This document shows positions 1 to 15,210 of a DNA stretch of 64,000 nt, one piece after another. A program made the translations under genes and the position numbers. Location: NCBI RefSeq assembly GCF_032191835.1, contig NC_083237.1:17112001-17176000 (forward strand). The letters are read 5' to 3'. The notes below the pieces were generated by a model. The model had not been told where the DNA came from, searched no databases, and saw nothing but the letters and a program-made list of their open reading frames with translations. This stretch comes from Heteronotia binoei (Eukaryota). Numbering within the stretch: position 1 is the first letter of the stretch; the number at the start of each line of letters is the position of its first letter.

Positions 1-500
1 GGGCCAGGAGCGTGGCGGGCCGCGAGTCTGGGTCCTTCTAGGACCCGGACTCGCGGCTCGCCGCGCTCCTGGCCTGCCTCCACCCTCTCCTTCTCTGGTT
101 TCACCTCGGAGGCAGAGCAGGGCGGGCGACGCCGCTGTGCTGACACCTTTTCTCCGCTTCACCGTGGCTGCTCCTCCGAGATGGGCTCAGGCTGGGTCCA
201 TCTCGGAAGAGCGGCTGCGGTGGGGCGGGGAAGAGGCGGAAGAAGCGTGGCAGCGTTGCCTGCTCCACTCCGCCTCTGGGGTTAGGGAATTGGAGAAGGG
301 GAGGGTGGAGGGAAGGAAGGGATTTAAAAAGTTGTGAGGACCCTTTAAGTGTGATGGACAGAACTCCCTTTGAAGTTCAATTGTGCTTGTCACACCCTTG
401 CTCCTAGCTCCACCCCAGTGTCTCCTGGCTCCATCCCAAAGTCTCCTGGCTCCACCCCCAAAGTCCCCAGATATTTCTGGAATTGGACTTGGCAACCCTA
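1..500. mobile_element. Non-autonomous hAT-like MITE with internal fold-back modules (5' end outside window)
   Basis: Ends TTGGCAACCCTA at 500, the same terminus as copies at 25889-26400 and 45866-46304. 34-bp hairpin arms at 2-35/41-74. Confidence 0.75.
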
Positions 501-624
501 CTGGAAAGCTTTCAAAACAGCCATGAAAAATATAGCCAAACATTTGACAGAATGATCAAAAACTTACTATGAAGCAGACCACACAAAAACATCAAACCAA
601 AACGCTATAAAGAGTGTCACAAAT

Positions 625-2107
625 CAAATTTCAGAATTTGTGTGGGCCGGGAAGAAACCAAGAATTAAAATGAAAATTTTGACAGATGCAAAAGAGAGAG
701 GTGGATTCCAACTACCAGATTTGAAATTGTATCATGAAGCAGTTTGTTTAGTATGGATGAAAGAATGGATAACGTTGTTAAATAAAAAACTCTTAGTGCT
801 GGAAGGCCATGGAAAAAAATTCGGCTGGCATGCATACTTGTATTACGGAAAAAAGAAGATGGATGGCCTTTTCTCTCACCATTATATAAGAAGTAGTCTA
901 CTAAATGTATGGATAAAGTATAAGAAATATGGTGATGAGAGGAGACCTTTGTGGATAGTGCCAGCTGAAGTGATAAAGTTAACGGCTAAAACAGCCAAAG
1001 AAAAACAGCTATCATACAACCAGTTACTAAAAATACAAAGTGGGAAAATAGAACTGAAAACTGCAGAAGAACTGAGTTACAAATATGATTGTTTTCAAAT
1101 GCAACAAATAAAAAGCTTGGTGGAGAATGATATTAAAACTGAAGGAATAAGGAAAGAGCAAACAGAAATGGAAAGAGTTCTGCTTGGAGATAATGAGAAA
1201 TTAATTTCAAAAGTATACAAATTACTTTTACAATGGTCTACAGAAGATGAAGTAGTGAAATCTCAAATGATAAAATGGGCAATTAATGTAAATAAAGAAA
1301 TAAAGATGGAATCTTGGGAATATCTGTGGAAGAACTCTATGAAACTCGCAACATGTCATAGTATTAAAGAAAACTGTTTTAAGATGATGTATAGATGGTA
1401 TATGACTCCAAAAAAATTAGCAAAGATGAACAACAAGATGCCAGATAGGTGTTGGAAATGTAAAAAGCATGAAGGCTCTTTCTACCATATGTGGTGGACT
1501 TGTGAAAGGGCTAAAATGTTTTGGCAGATGATTCAGCAAGAGATTTCTAAGATTTTGGGATACGAATTTAACAAAGTGGCAGAGATTTTTCTGCTGGGAC
1601 TACAAATGGAAAAATTTCCAAAAGAAGATAGAACTTTAATATGGTACTTGCTCTCAGCTGCTAGGACATTGTATGCGCAGCTGTGGAAGCAAGAAAAAAT
1701 ACCAGAGAAATGGGATTGGATTACAAAAGTTATGTCATGGAGTGAAATGGACAAATTAACAAGAAAATTAAGAGACGATGATTTGGAACTTTTTAAGTTG
1801 GAGTGGAAGAAATTCAGAAGATACGTAGAAAAAGAGTGGAAAATAAAAGGACATTGGACAATCTTTGATGATGATTAAGATTTTTAAAATAAGAATATAA
1901 CCTTTGGGTTTTTTTTTTCTTAATAGTTAAGGGTACCTTTAATACTTGCTTTTTAAAAGAAAATAACACTGGCGGGGGTCAAGTAACAGAGGGAGGGGTG
2001 GGGGGAAAGTAAGATATGGGGTAGAAAGATCTTTCTTTTACTTTAAGTTTTTTATAAGTTGTAGATTTAGTTCTGCTACCATATGTTACCAATAAAATTG
2101 TTTATTC
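625..2107 (+). mobile_element. 5'-truncated L1-clade LINE: ORF2 C-terminus (640-1878) plus 3' UTR
   Basis: WAGKKPRI...ERGGFQLPDLKLYHEA and the CCHC knuckle RCWKCKKHEGSFYHMWWTC are typical of L1 ORF2 C-termini. G-rich 3' UTR; AATAAA at 2091-2096. 5' boundary approximate. Confidence 0.85.
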
Positions 2108-2729
2108 AAGGGACAAATCAAATCCTTAGGCCACAGTCATAAAGAGCGGGTTCAGCAAAACAAAACACTAATATATATTTCCTCTGGAATATCTGGAACT
2201 TTTAAGTTCCGGGAAAACTTCTGTTGGATACCAGTTCTACAGCTGTGTGGTGCTACAAGCCAGAAATCTCTGCCTCTTATCCTTTTAGATTTTAGCTCAT
2301 GGAGAGATAAGAATCCTTATGCCGGGACTTTCAGGCAGGGTCAGCTCTGAGGTGAGAGCAGTGTCTTCAGACAGTGAAGTTGTGGGACAGGTGGTGACTT
2401 CTACCACCACCCTTTTGCTGCCATGACTTTCTCTGATCTGCACCTTTGCCTAGGATTGTCAGGCCTGTGTTGGGACATTCAAATCTCCAGGAATTTCCTT
2501 ACCCATCCCTCTTTACACACCAAGGAACAGTTTGTGAGTCCCACATCTTCCACTAGTGAGATGTGCTGACGGGCTTTCACTCCATGATAATGTGCTGCAT
2601 TCTCTTATCCTGCCATAGCCCCATCCTTTATGAGTGTAAATGCCAGGAGAGTGAATGCTCTTTTGGACAAAGTTATGCTAGAAAAATATAATCTATCCTT
2701 CTAGAAGTCATTAATAGTTCAATAACAGC

Positions 2730-2731
<2 letters not shown>

Positions 2732-2775
<44 letters not shown>
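2732..2775. repeat. (GA)n microsatellite
   Basis: Pure GA run. Confidence 0.95.
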
Positions 2776-2777
<2 letters not shown>

Positions 2778-3270
2778 TATGTAATTGAGCAGTCTGCTCC
2801 TTTCCTAATATTTGAGAGATTTTGTTTGGTCCGAATGACAGAGCTCTTGTTTCAGTTTCCAGTTTTGTATGTTAGCTGAGAATGTTGGTTGTTGGAGTTG
2901 CCTCCTTGCAAATGAGCAGCTGATGTTTTGAGCCAGCTTGTCTCTGCTGAATGGACTGGAGAATGGGTACTTGAGTGAGTACTCTGACCTGGGAACCCAC
3001 AGCCAAAGGGGGACATTATAGACTCTCTGTATGAAATGTGAGACTGAGAACTGCAGGTTGTTTAATGTTCATGCAAATGCATTGATGCCAGAAACCATGG
3101 ATCTCTCTCTCTCTCATGGAATCCTATGGAGGGTACTGAACCGTAAAGAATGACAACAGAAACAAACAAAACATTAACACAACACACTCAAAAGGCAAAA
3201 ATAAGGGCTGTTTCTGGTTCCTTTTCATGGTCCAGTACCTTATTGTTTGCCACTTGACTTTATGTATTTG

Positions 3271-3377
3271 CAGGGCCTTTTTTGTAGAAAAAGCCCAGTA
3301 GGGACTCATTTGCATATTAGGCCACACCCGTGATGCTAAGCCAGCCAGAACTGCATTCCGGCTCAAAAAAAGCCCTG
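3271..3377. mobile_element. 107-bp hAT-like MITE (CAGGGC-T-run termini)
   Basis: TIRs CAGGGCCTTTTTTG / CAAAAAAAGCCCTG; perfect 8-bp TSD TGTATTTG (3263-3270, 3378-3385). Related copies near 10711, 36557, 39300, 42280, 45361. Confidence 0.85.
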
Positions 3378-4094
3378 TGTATTTGACATGTTGAATTAAA
3401 GTTTTGACAGAAGTTTAGTATTTTTAAAGACTTGTGTGCATTTAATTATTTTTACAACCACACACCCACATGGGACAGATGAAGCTCCCCTATTCTAAAT
3501 CAGATCTCTCGGTCGCTATCGTTTCCTCAGACTGGTAGCAACATTGCAGGGACTTGGGCAGGAGTCTTTCACATCTCCTACTACCTGCTTCATTTAGACT
3601 AGAGATTCTGGTGACTGAACCTAGGACCTTCTGCACACCAAGCAGGTGCTCTACTACAGAGCCACGGTTCCCACTCCCAATTTCAAAATGAGTGCAAACA
3701 AAACACTGAGGCTTAGTTATTGGTATAATCAAACAAGGCAGGTGACACTGTTTAAAAGAAAGGCGCAGCTACCTCATACCTGCACTTACGTAAAGCTGAG
3801 ATTCCATTTCTGAATTTGCTACAAATTATTTTGGAAGCAAAGTACAATTATTCCCAGGGATGTTATTGCACCTTTAAATTATAAGGATTCAGTTACCTTT
3901 TATATATTTCTGTAAAGATCCAAACAATGCAGACAGCAAGGAACAAAGAAGCCTGTTATTTGAGGTTACCATATTTCTTCTTTTGAGAGGACATAGATTT
4001 CTCAATCTATGGCGCCCATGGTAGAAGCTGCAGCTCTCTGGCATGCAATACCCTTAGGTGCCTTCTGTCTTAATCTGTTATGAAATCTGTCAAG

Positions 4095-4315
4095 TAACTT
4101 GAAGGGAAAGTCCTGGCAAAATGCCCAGTCCTGTCATGCCAGACACTTCATCCACGTGTTCAGCCACCCTCTGCTCCCTCTCACAATCAGATACACCCAA
4201 TCTGTTCCAAAGGCCCTGCGCAAACCAGCAAAGGTTTCAGGAAGCAAACCAGGAAGCCAGAGCAAGAAAAAATAAAGTAAGGAACTGTGACTTGCTTGAC
4301 AGGGGAGTAAAATCG
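4095..4315 (+). promoter_or_regulatory. Putative promoter / 5' non-coding exon of SULT-A
   Basis: Block conserved with 17515-17718 upstream of the paralog. CACGTG at 4153-4158; ends at donor GTAAGT (4316). First coding exon has an acceptor at 5453-5460. Confidence 0.55.
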
Positions 4316-4463
4316 GTAAGTGGATGTGCTTTTTTTTTTACAGTAGTGCCCTCTGGGGTTGCCAACTTTGGGTGGGGAAATTCCAGGATATTTTGGGAGT
4401 GAAGTCTGGGGAAGGGAGGGTTTAGGAAGGAGAGGGACCTCAACAGGCTATGATGCCATAGGG

Positions 4464-4780
4464 CAGGGGGGGCCAAACTGTGACTCGGGAGCCGCATGTG
4501 GTTCGTTCACACATATTGTGTGGGTCTTGAAGCCCCCACTGCCCTGTTGGCTGGCTTGGAGAAGGCATTTGTCTCTTTAAATCACTTCTCCAAGCCATAC
4601 CAGCTGGTGGCTTGGAGAACATATTTTAAAGTTAGTTGCTTTCTTTCTACCTCTCCCTCCCTCCCCTCCCCATCTATTTCCTTCCTTCCTTCTCACAAGC
4701 ATCTGATATTCATGTCTTGTGGCTCTTGAATAGAATTTATTCTATGTGGCTCTTACATTAAACAAATTTGGCCACCCCTG
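4464..4780. mobile_element. hAT-like MITE (CAGGGGTGGCCAAA termini)
   Basis: TIRs CAGGGGGGGCCAAAC / ATTTGGCCACCCCTG; TSD CCATAGGG / CCATAGAG once the adjacent insert is removed. Confidence 0.7.
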
Positions 4781-4784
4781 CCAT

Positions 4785-5253
4785 TAGGGTTGCCAAGTCC
4801 AATTCAAGAAATATCTGGGGACTTTGGGGGTGGATCCAGGAGACATTGGGGTGGAGCCAAGAGCAAGGGTGTGACAAGCATAATTGAACTCCAAGGGAGT
4901 TCTGGCCATCACATTTAAAGGGACTGCACATCTTTTTAAATGCCTTCCTTTCATAGGAAATAATGAAGGATTGGGGCACCTTCCTTTGGGGCTCATAGAA
5001 TTGGACCCCCTGGTCCAATCTTTTTGAAACTTGGGAGGTATTTTGGGGAGAGGCCCTAGATGCTATACTGAAAATTTGGAGCATCTATCTCAAAAAACAG
5101 CCCCCCCCAGAGCCCCCGATACCAGCAGCTCAATTCCCCATCATTCCCTATGGGAATCGTTCATGGTGGTGCATGATGGCTGTGGGGTGGGGGAGGGGAG
5201 AAGCCTGTAAAACCGGGGGATCCCCCTCTGGGACCTGGAGATTGGGAAGCCTA
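4785..5253. mobile_element. hAT-like MITE (TAGGGTTGCCAA / TTGGGAAGCCTA)
   Basis: Perfect 8-bp TSD CCTGCCAT (4777-4784, 5254-5261). Confidence 0.85.
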
Positions 5254-5469
5254 CCTGCCATAGAGTCTACCCTCCAAAGCAGCCCTTTTCTCAATGGGAA
5301 CTGATCTCTGTAGTCTGGAGATCAGTTGTGATTCCATGAGATCTCCAGGCCCCATCTGGAGATTGGCAAACAGGTGGCATCGAGTATTGAAGGAGTGGCA
5401 CTATTTATTTAGGAGAGGGGAGGGGAGATACTTTCAGCATTCATACTGTTTCTTTTGTAGGGTCTCTAG

Positions 5470-9980
<4,511 letters not shown>

Positions 9981-10043
9981 GCCCACCTTTATGTTATTCC
10001 GTGAAACTTACACCAAAATGTGCCTGGATTGTTTCCTGTGCTA

Positions 10044-10049
10044 AATAAA
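10044..10049 (+). terminator. Candidate polyadenylation signal of SULT-A
   Basis: AATAAA 64 nt after the stop codon. Confidence 0.45.
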
Positions 10050-12286
10050 ATGAACCTCAAACTAAGGCCGACCAAGCTAAATTTTGTGTACAGGGTTTTG
10101 TTGTGTTTTCAAGTGTGATTTCTCTCGGTTATGGGTTTCCTTTCATTTGTAAATGAATTTTTGATAGTATCTATTACTGTTAAATTCTATGCAATTGTTG
10201 CATTATTATCGCTTTCAGAATTCAGTGAACTGAAGTGCAGGACATAAATATTTGAACTAAATACAATGGGACAGAGCCCCAATCAATATTTTCAGAGGGT
10301 TTTTTTTCAAAATACCGAAAAACTTTCTCAGGAAGCAATCTTCAACTTTTCCAGACACAGGACTCACTGAGCATAGGATCCACACCTGCAAGCATGGGAT
10401 CCACACCTGACATCAGAGTCAAGTGGCAGGAAGAGGAGGAGCCAGATTTGTGATGTTGTCATTCTCATGGCCCAGGCCATGGGCAGCCAACCAAAGGTGC
10501 TGGGTTCAGGAACCTCAAACCAAACACCAGAAGGAGTACAATAGTGTACAAGCCAAGGATCAGAGTCTGAAAGGAACTTTCTCCACCACAGAGTGACTTC
10601 ACCTCCCCCTCCTGCCTATGGATTAGAGAAGATTTATATTAATGGAGAATAGCCTTGATAACAACATCTCTCAACGGACTTGCCTAATGTATTTTGATAT
10701 ATTATGCATAAGCAGGGCTTTTTTTGAGCAGGAACACACAGGAACGCAGTTCCAGCTGGCTTGGCATCAGGGTGTGTGGCCTAATATTCAAATGAGTTCC
10801 TGCTGAGCTTTTTCTACAACAAAGTCACATGTCATTTTCAGTATTTTAAAAAAGTTTGTAGGGAAATGTATGCTGAACCTTCCCTTTGGCTACCACTTTG
10901 ATCCCCAAAGTCCTGCTCTCCACAATGGTCTGAAAAACCCTTTAGCTTCCAGCTAGTAGAAAAGTGGTTAGAGAAGTGTCTAAAGGGCTGGAGCACTTTC
11001 CCTATGAAGAAAGGTTGAAACGCTTGGGACTCTTTAGCTTGGAGAAACGTCGACTGCGGGGTGACATGATAGAGGTTTACAAGATAATGCATGGGATGGA
11101 GAAAGTAGAGAAAGAAGTACTTTTCTCCCTTGCCCCCCCAGTCGGAATGAAGAGGCAGACACAATTGTTGGGATTTAAACCGGGCCGCTTTATTAGAATT
11201 AACAAACATAACTGGCAGGGAAGGGAAAACCAGACCAGACAAGCCCTGGGGTCAACACCTGGACCCCGCCTTGTCCAAAGGGCGAGCCACCCTGCCCCCA
11301 GCACAAACCCGCCGTAATCGGGTTGTACTGAGCGGCCAGGCCCGCAGCCATCACCAACCGGGCTGGCATCAATCCCCATGGAAAGATCCAACCAGGTGAG
11401 GCTCTCTGTGATCTGCATCACCGTACTGAGCCATTTAGCCCATCTACGGTTCCTGCATACCACCGCACCAACGGTGCTAGGCCATAGGTGCTCCCCTGGA
11501 AAACCCAATGGCCAAACCTAATCCAGCCTGCGACCGAACTAATACTCAACAAAACCTAACCTACTAGGCAGTACAAGGTAGGCGAAAAACACCCCCACAT
11601 AGGCCAATTGTGTGGGAGTGAAAAAATTCCTACCTGGCCCCAAAAGGCGACCGGCATGTACCTGTACTGCCAATGGGAAGGGCGGGCGGGCAGAGAGCCG
11701 AAACAAAACTGCGCAATAAGGCGGGAGCCGGGCTTATATAGCCCCAACTCCGCGCCTTGCAAAACACCCGTATGTCGGGTGATATTGGTGCCCCTCCCTC
11801 CTTCCGGGGGTGCAAAGACGGCCCCCAGCCTATAGCTTGCCAGCTGGCTCGGCTGGGAAGGGGCCGGACCTTGCCCCCCCAGTCGGAATGAAGAGGCAGA
11901 CACAATTGTTGGGATTTAAACCGGGCCGCTTTATTAGAATTAACAAACATAACTGGCAGGGAAGGGAAAACCAGACCAGACAAGCCCTGGGGTCAACACC
12001 TGGACCCCGCCTTGTCCAAAGGGCGAGCCACCCTGCCCCCAGCACAAACCCGCCGTAATCGGGTTGTACTGAGCGGCCAGGCCCGCAGCCATCACCAACC
12101 GGGCTGGCATCAATCCCCATGGAAAGATCCAACCAGGTGAGGCTCTCTGTGATCTGCATCACCGTACTGAGCCGTTTAGCCCATCTACGGTTCCTGCATA
12201 CCACCGCACCAACGGTGCTAGGCCATAGGTGCTCCCCTGGAAAACCCAATGGCCAAACCTAATCCAGCCACCGCCAATGCCAAGCC

Positions 12287-12616
12287 TCTGCTTAGGCATT
12301 AGCGCCCCAACGGGTGGCCCAGAGCCAACCGCACCCCCTGCCAAACTTCCTCTACAAAGGCCCGGTTACCCAAATCCAATAATTAAACACCATCCGGCCG
12401 GTACAGGTCGACTTAAATGACCCGAATGGCCGGATGAGGGGGAAAAACCTAATCCCTCCTCCAAGACCCTGGAAGGGCCCAATTGGCCTTACGTCTGCCC
12501 TTGCACTGAGACCGGGCTGGGTGCCCCAGGAGCCGTCCGGCGAAATGGGCAGCCCCAACGGACCATGCTGCGCCCGCGGATGAGAACCCGCCTTCTCTCA
12601 CCCCGAGCCACAGCAC
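12287..12616 (-). pseudogene. Decayed SGNH hydrolase of Ngaro element 1
   Basis: VLIRGRSMVRW, GTQPGLSARADV and DLYRPDGV* relics align to the element 2 SGNH ORF; frameshifts, stops and a large internal deletion. Confidence 0.75.
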
Positions 12617-12796
12617 CTGAAAAACAAACCACAATCAGCAACGTGCACAAAATTGGTAAACATTAGGCCGACCCCCTAACCCTCCACGGAGGACTGCCTA
12701 CCTTGGATCTTTTATCCCCGACAACCTGTTCACCTCAGAGCAAAACCATCCCAGAAATAACTAGCATCAGCCCAGCACGGGTATGTGGCCAACAAC

Positions 12797-14326
12797 CTAC
12801 TGGGAGCCGGCCGGCGGATGGGGCTGTGGCCCTTTTCCAGGTGGCTGCGAACTGCCGCCTCCGCCTCCGGGGCGCTTACCGCCCGCTCCGGGCTTTGCTC
12901 TACTGCAGGCCGACAGTGCGTGGGGCCCACTGCACAGCGGGCACTCGTGACGAAATTTACAGGGCTCCTTGGGGCAGACCCCCTTGGAAGCGAACTCCCA
13001 GCACAACAACCGGGAATGATCCGGCTGGCCCGCGGAGACGCGGGCACCTGGGGTAGTCTGTTGTTGCTGTGCTCCCTGCACCAAATGACCGCTGTCGGAC
13101 CTATCCCCGGAGTTTGGTTTTGCCGGGGCCATCAGCTGCAACCACAGCTGTTGATTTATTTGGTCCCACGGCATTCCGGGATTGACAGCGGCCCGCATCC
13201 GGAAGGCTTCGTCGTATTGCAGCCATGCTGCCCCGGCGAAGTCCGTATAAGCCCTATAAACTATGTCTATATATTGAAAGAGGGCGGCCGCCCTGGCCGG
13301 CTGTGCCCTTGCGATGACCCCGGCATAGATCAGAAAGCCGGGCAACCAATTCGCCCAGGCCCTGTCAACCTTCCTGCGCTTTATCTTTTCCTTGTCCCTG
13401 TCGTCGAGCTCCTCCTTACTTTTTTTTTCGAGCTCCCTGAACAGGAGACCGAAAACATCGACGTACTCCCCACGGAGGATTCTCTCCCGTGTGGCCGCCG
13501 TCAGATGATCCCCCAACGGCAAAGAAGTGTCGCCGTAGGGGAGAGCGTGGAAGGGGATACTCGCATAGGGGTTCGGGGGGTAGAACCACCCACCCACTTG
13601 AGTTGAAGGCCATGCACCCCGCAACTGGGCCCCCTGCTGACCACCACCTGGCCAAATGCCCGGTGTGGGCAGCGAAGGAGGGGCTGCAGGGGGCGCCCCA
13701 GCGCCTACCAGCTGACCAACAGGGGCAGGAACTGCACTGGACAGCAAACTGGGTGTATGAAAACCCAAAGCCCACGGCTGAGCGGGGCCCAACTGTTCGC
13801 TGGCACCTGACCACCCGGGCCCCCATCCCACCCCGCCCACCCCCAGCAAATGGGGGGTTGGCTGGGCTGGACCCCAAGGCCAACCTTGAATGGGCAAAGT
13901 CATGGGCTTACCACCATCACCCGGAAAGACGCCCGAGCCTCCAGGGGGCCGCGGGCCACCGCTTCCAGATGCCCCTTCGCCCGATGGCACGCCCGAAGGA
14001 CCTTCCCCTGGATCTTCCACCTGGTCAGTTTCCGGCAGCGCTTCCGGCTCCGACTGCCCGCCCTGTAAAGCAGACAACCTTGCCAACAATTCAGTTTCAA
14101 AGGTCAGCCGGGCCGACCGGCTGGTGGCACGGCGACGGCCCTCCCAAATGGGTGAACCTCTGGCCACACGTTCCTGCTCGAGGGCGTCCAATTGGCTAAT
14201 AATAGCGAGGCGAACCCGCTCACTCTGGCCCTGATCTTCAGTTGGGGCTCCTTGCTGGCCCCGCCCCCGGGGTGGGCGAGCAGGCTGCTTGCCCTTAGAC
14301 TTACCCTGTCCCTTCTTAGGTGCCAT
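12797..14326 (-). CDS. Ngaro Gag-like ORF1, 509 aa, open
   Basis: Basic N-terminus; conserved LPLGDHL...ILRGEYVDVF...W..GFLIY...YDEAFR block shared with element 2; C-terminal CCCH plus CCHC zinc fingers (CWEFASKGVCPKEPCKFRHECPLCSGPHALSAC). Confidence 0.85.
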   Translation of the reverse strand: MAPKKGQGKSKGKQPARPPRGRGQQGAPTEDQGQSERVRLAIISQLDALEQERVARGSPIWEGRRRATSRSARLTFETELLARLSALQGGQSEPEALPETDQVEDPGEGPSGVPSGEGASGSGGPRPPGGSGVFPGDGGKPMTLPIQGWPWGPAQPTPHLLGVGGVGWGPGWSGASEQLGPAQPWALGFHTPSLLSSAVPAPVGQLVGAGAPPAAPPSLPTPGIWPGGGQQGAQLRGAWPSTQVGGWFYPPNPYASIPFHALPYGDTSLPLGDHLTAATRERILRGEYVDVFGLLFRELEKKSKEELDDRDKEKIKRRKVDRAWANWLPGFLIYAGVIARAQPARAAALFQYIDIVYRAYTDFAGAAWLQYDEAFRMRAAVNPGMPWDQINQQLWLQLMAPAKPNSGDRSDSGHLVQGAQQQQTTPGARVSAGQPDHSRLLCWEFASKGVCPKEPCKFRHECPLCSGPHALSACSRAKPGAGGKRPGGGGGSSQPPGKGPQPHPPAGSQ

Positions 14327-15203
14327 CCTCTAATGGTACCAATGCCCCTAACGGAGACTTACCGGCCACCCAAGGCCCCTTTTCAGCCCCCACCTCCTCC
14401 CAGAATAGGAAGAGCAGCAAACACCCCTGTTAATGGGGTGGCCCACACCACAGCTCCAGACACAGAAAGACACCACCCCAGAAACTACCAGCCCCACAAG
14501 TAGGGAATGGATGAAGAGAGGGGGAAGGTTGCCAAAGGCACCAGCCCAGGCACCCGGCCCTCAAGCAAAAGAAACCAGGGGGGGGGGGCTGGGGAGGACA
14601 GGATGCTCGCCGCGCCACTCAATCCAAGGAAAACAGTGGCCTAATCCCCTCCAAATTATGATGAGAGCGGGCTAGGCTGGGCTATCCAGGTCAGGGCCAG
14701 GGGAGGAAAAAACGCCGCACTGTGGTGGCCTGAGACCCCCAGGAGAAGGCTGCTGCCTAATAATGGCCAGTCGCCTGCGCACGCTTGGACCAGGGGCCAC
14801 TTCGCGCAGCCCTGATTCGGGCTAAGCAATGGGAATAAAATGCCCTTGGGCTGGGAAGCCTTAAGCAGGGAGCGCCGCGCCGACCCGATCCGTCCCGGCC
14901 ACCCCCGAGCCTCCCCCCCACTGGGCCTTGGCCCCCACGCCTGACTCAGCCTCTGAAGCGCCTCGCCGCGCGAAGCCCCGCCGCGCCGAACAGCTGTTTC
15001 TCCGAGGCCGCTGCTACGCCGGCGCGTGTTTCGGCCTTCGCAAGCGCCTCGCAGCGCGAAGCCAACGCCGCGCTGAACAGCTGATCCCCGGAAGGCAAGT
15101 TGCTAGGACGACCCTCGTTGCTCAGGCCTAACCCTGAGCTCGGACCAACGTGGCTCTCTCCAGAGAGCCGAAACAAAACTGCGCAATAAGGCGGGAGCCG
15201 GGC

Positions 15204-15210
15204 TTATATA
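15204..15210 (-). promoter_or_regulatory. TATA box in Ngaro repeat A1 (copy in A2)
   Basis: TATATAA on the minus strand about 45 nt before the 3' end of A. Confidence 0.55.

Larger units (their letters stand above)
4354..5373. mobile_element. Older GGGTTGCCAAC-terminal hAT-like MITE hosting two nested MITEs
   Basis: Starts TGGGGTTGCCAAC, ends degenerate GATTGGCAAAC; interior resumes after the nested inserts. Confidence 0.6.

Noticed and set aside
137-543. Short ORFs recurring at 26089-26361 and 45865-46305
   Set aside because: Translations of MITE interior; similarity reflects repeat copies, not a protein family.
12785-13606. 273-aa plus-strand ORF (also 13489-14199 and the minus-strand ORF 19531-20418)
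   Set aside because: Antisense shadows of GC-rich gag with no recognisable motifs; not conserved between the two elements.
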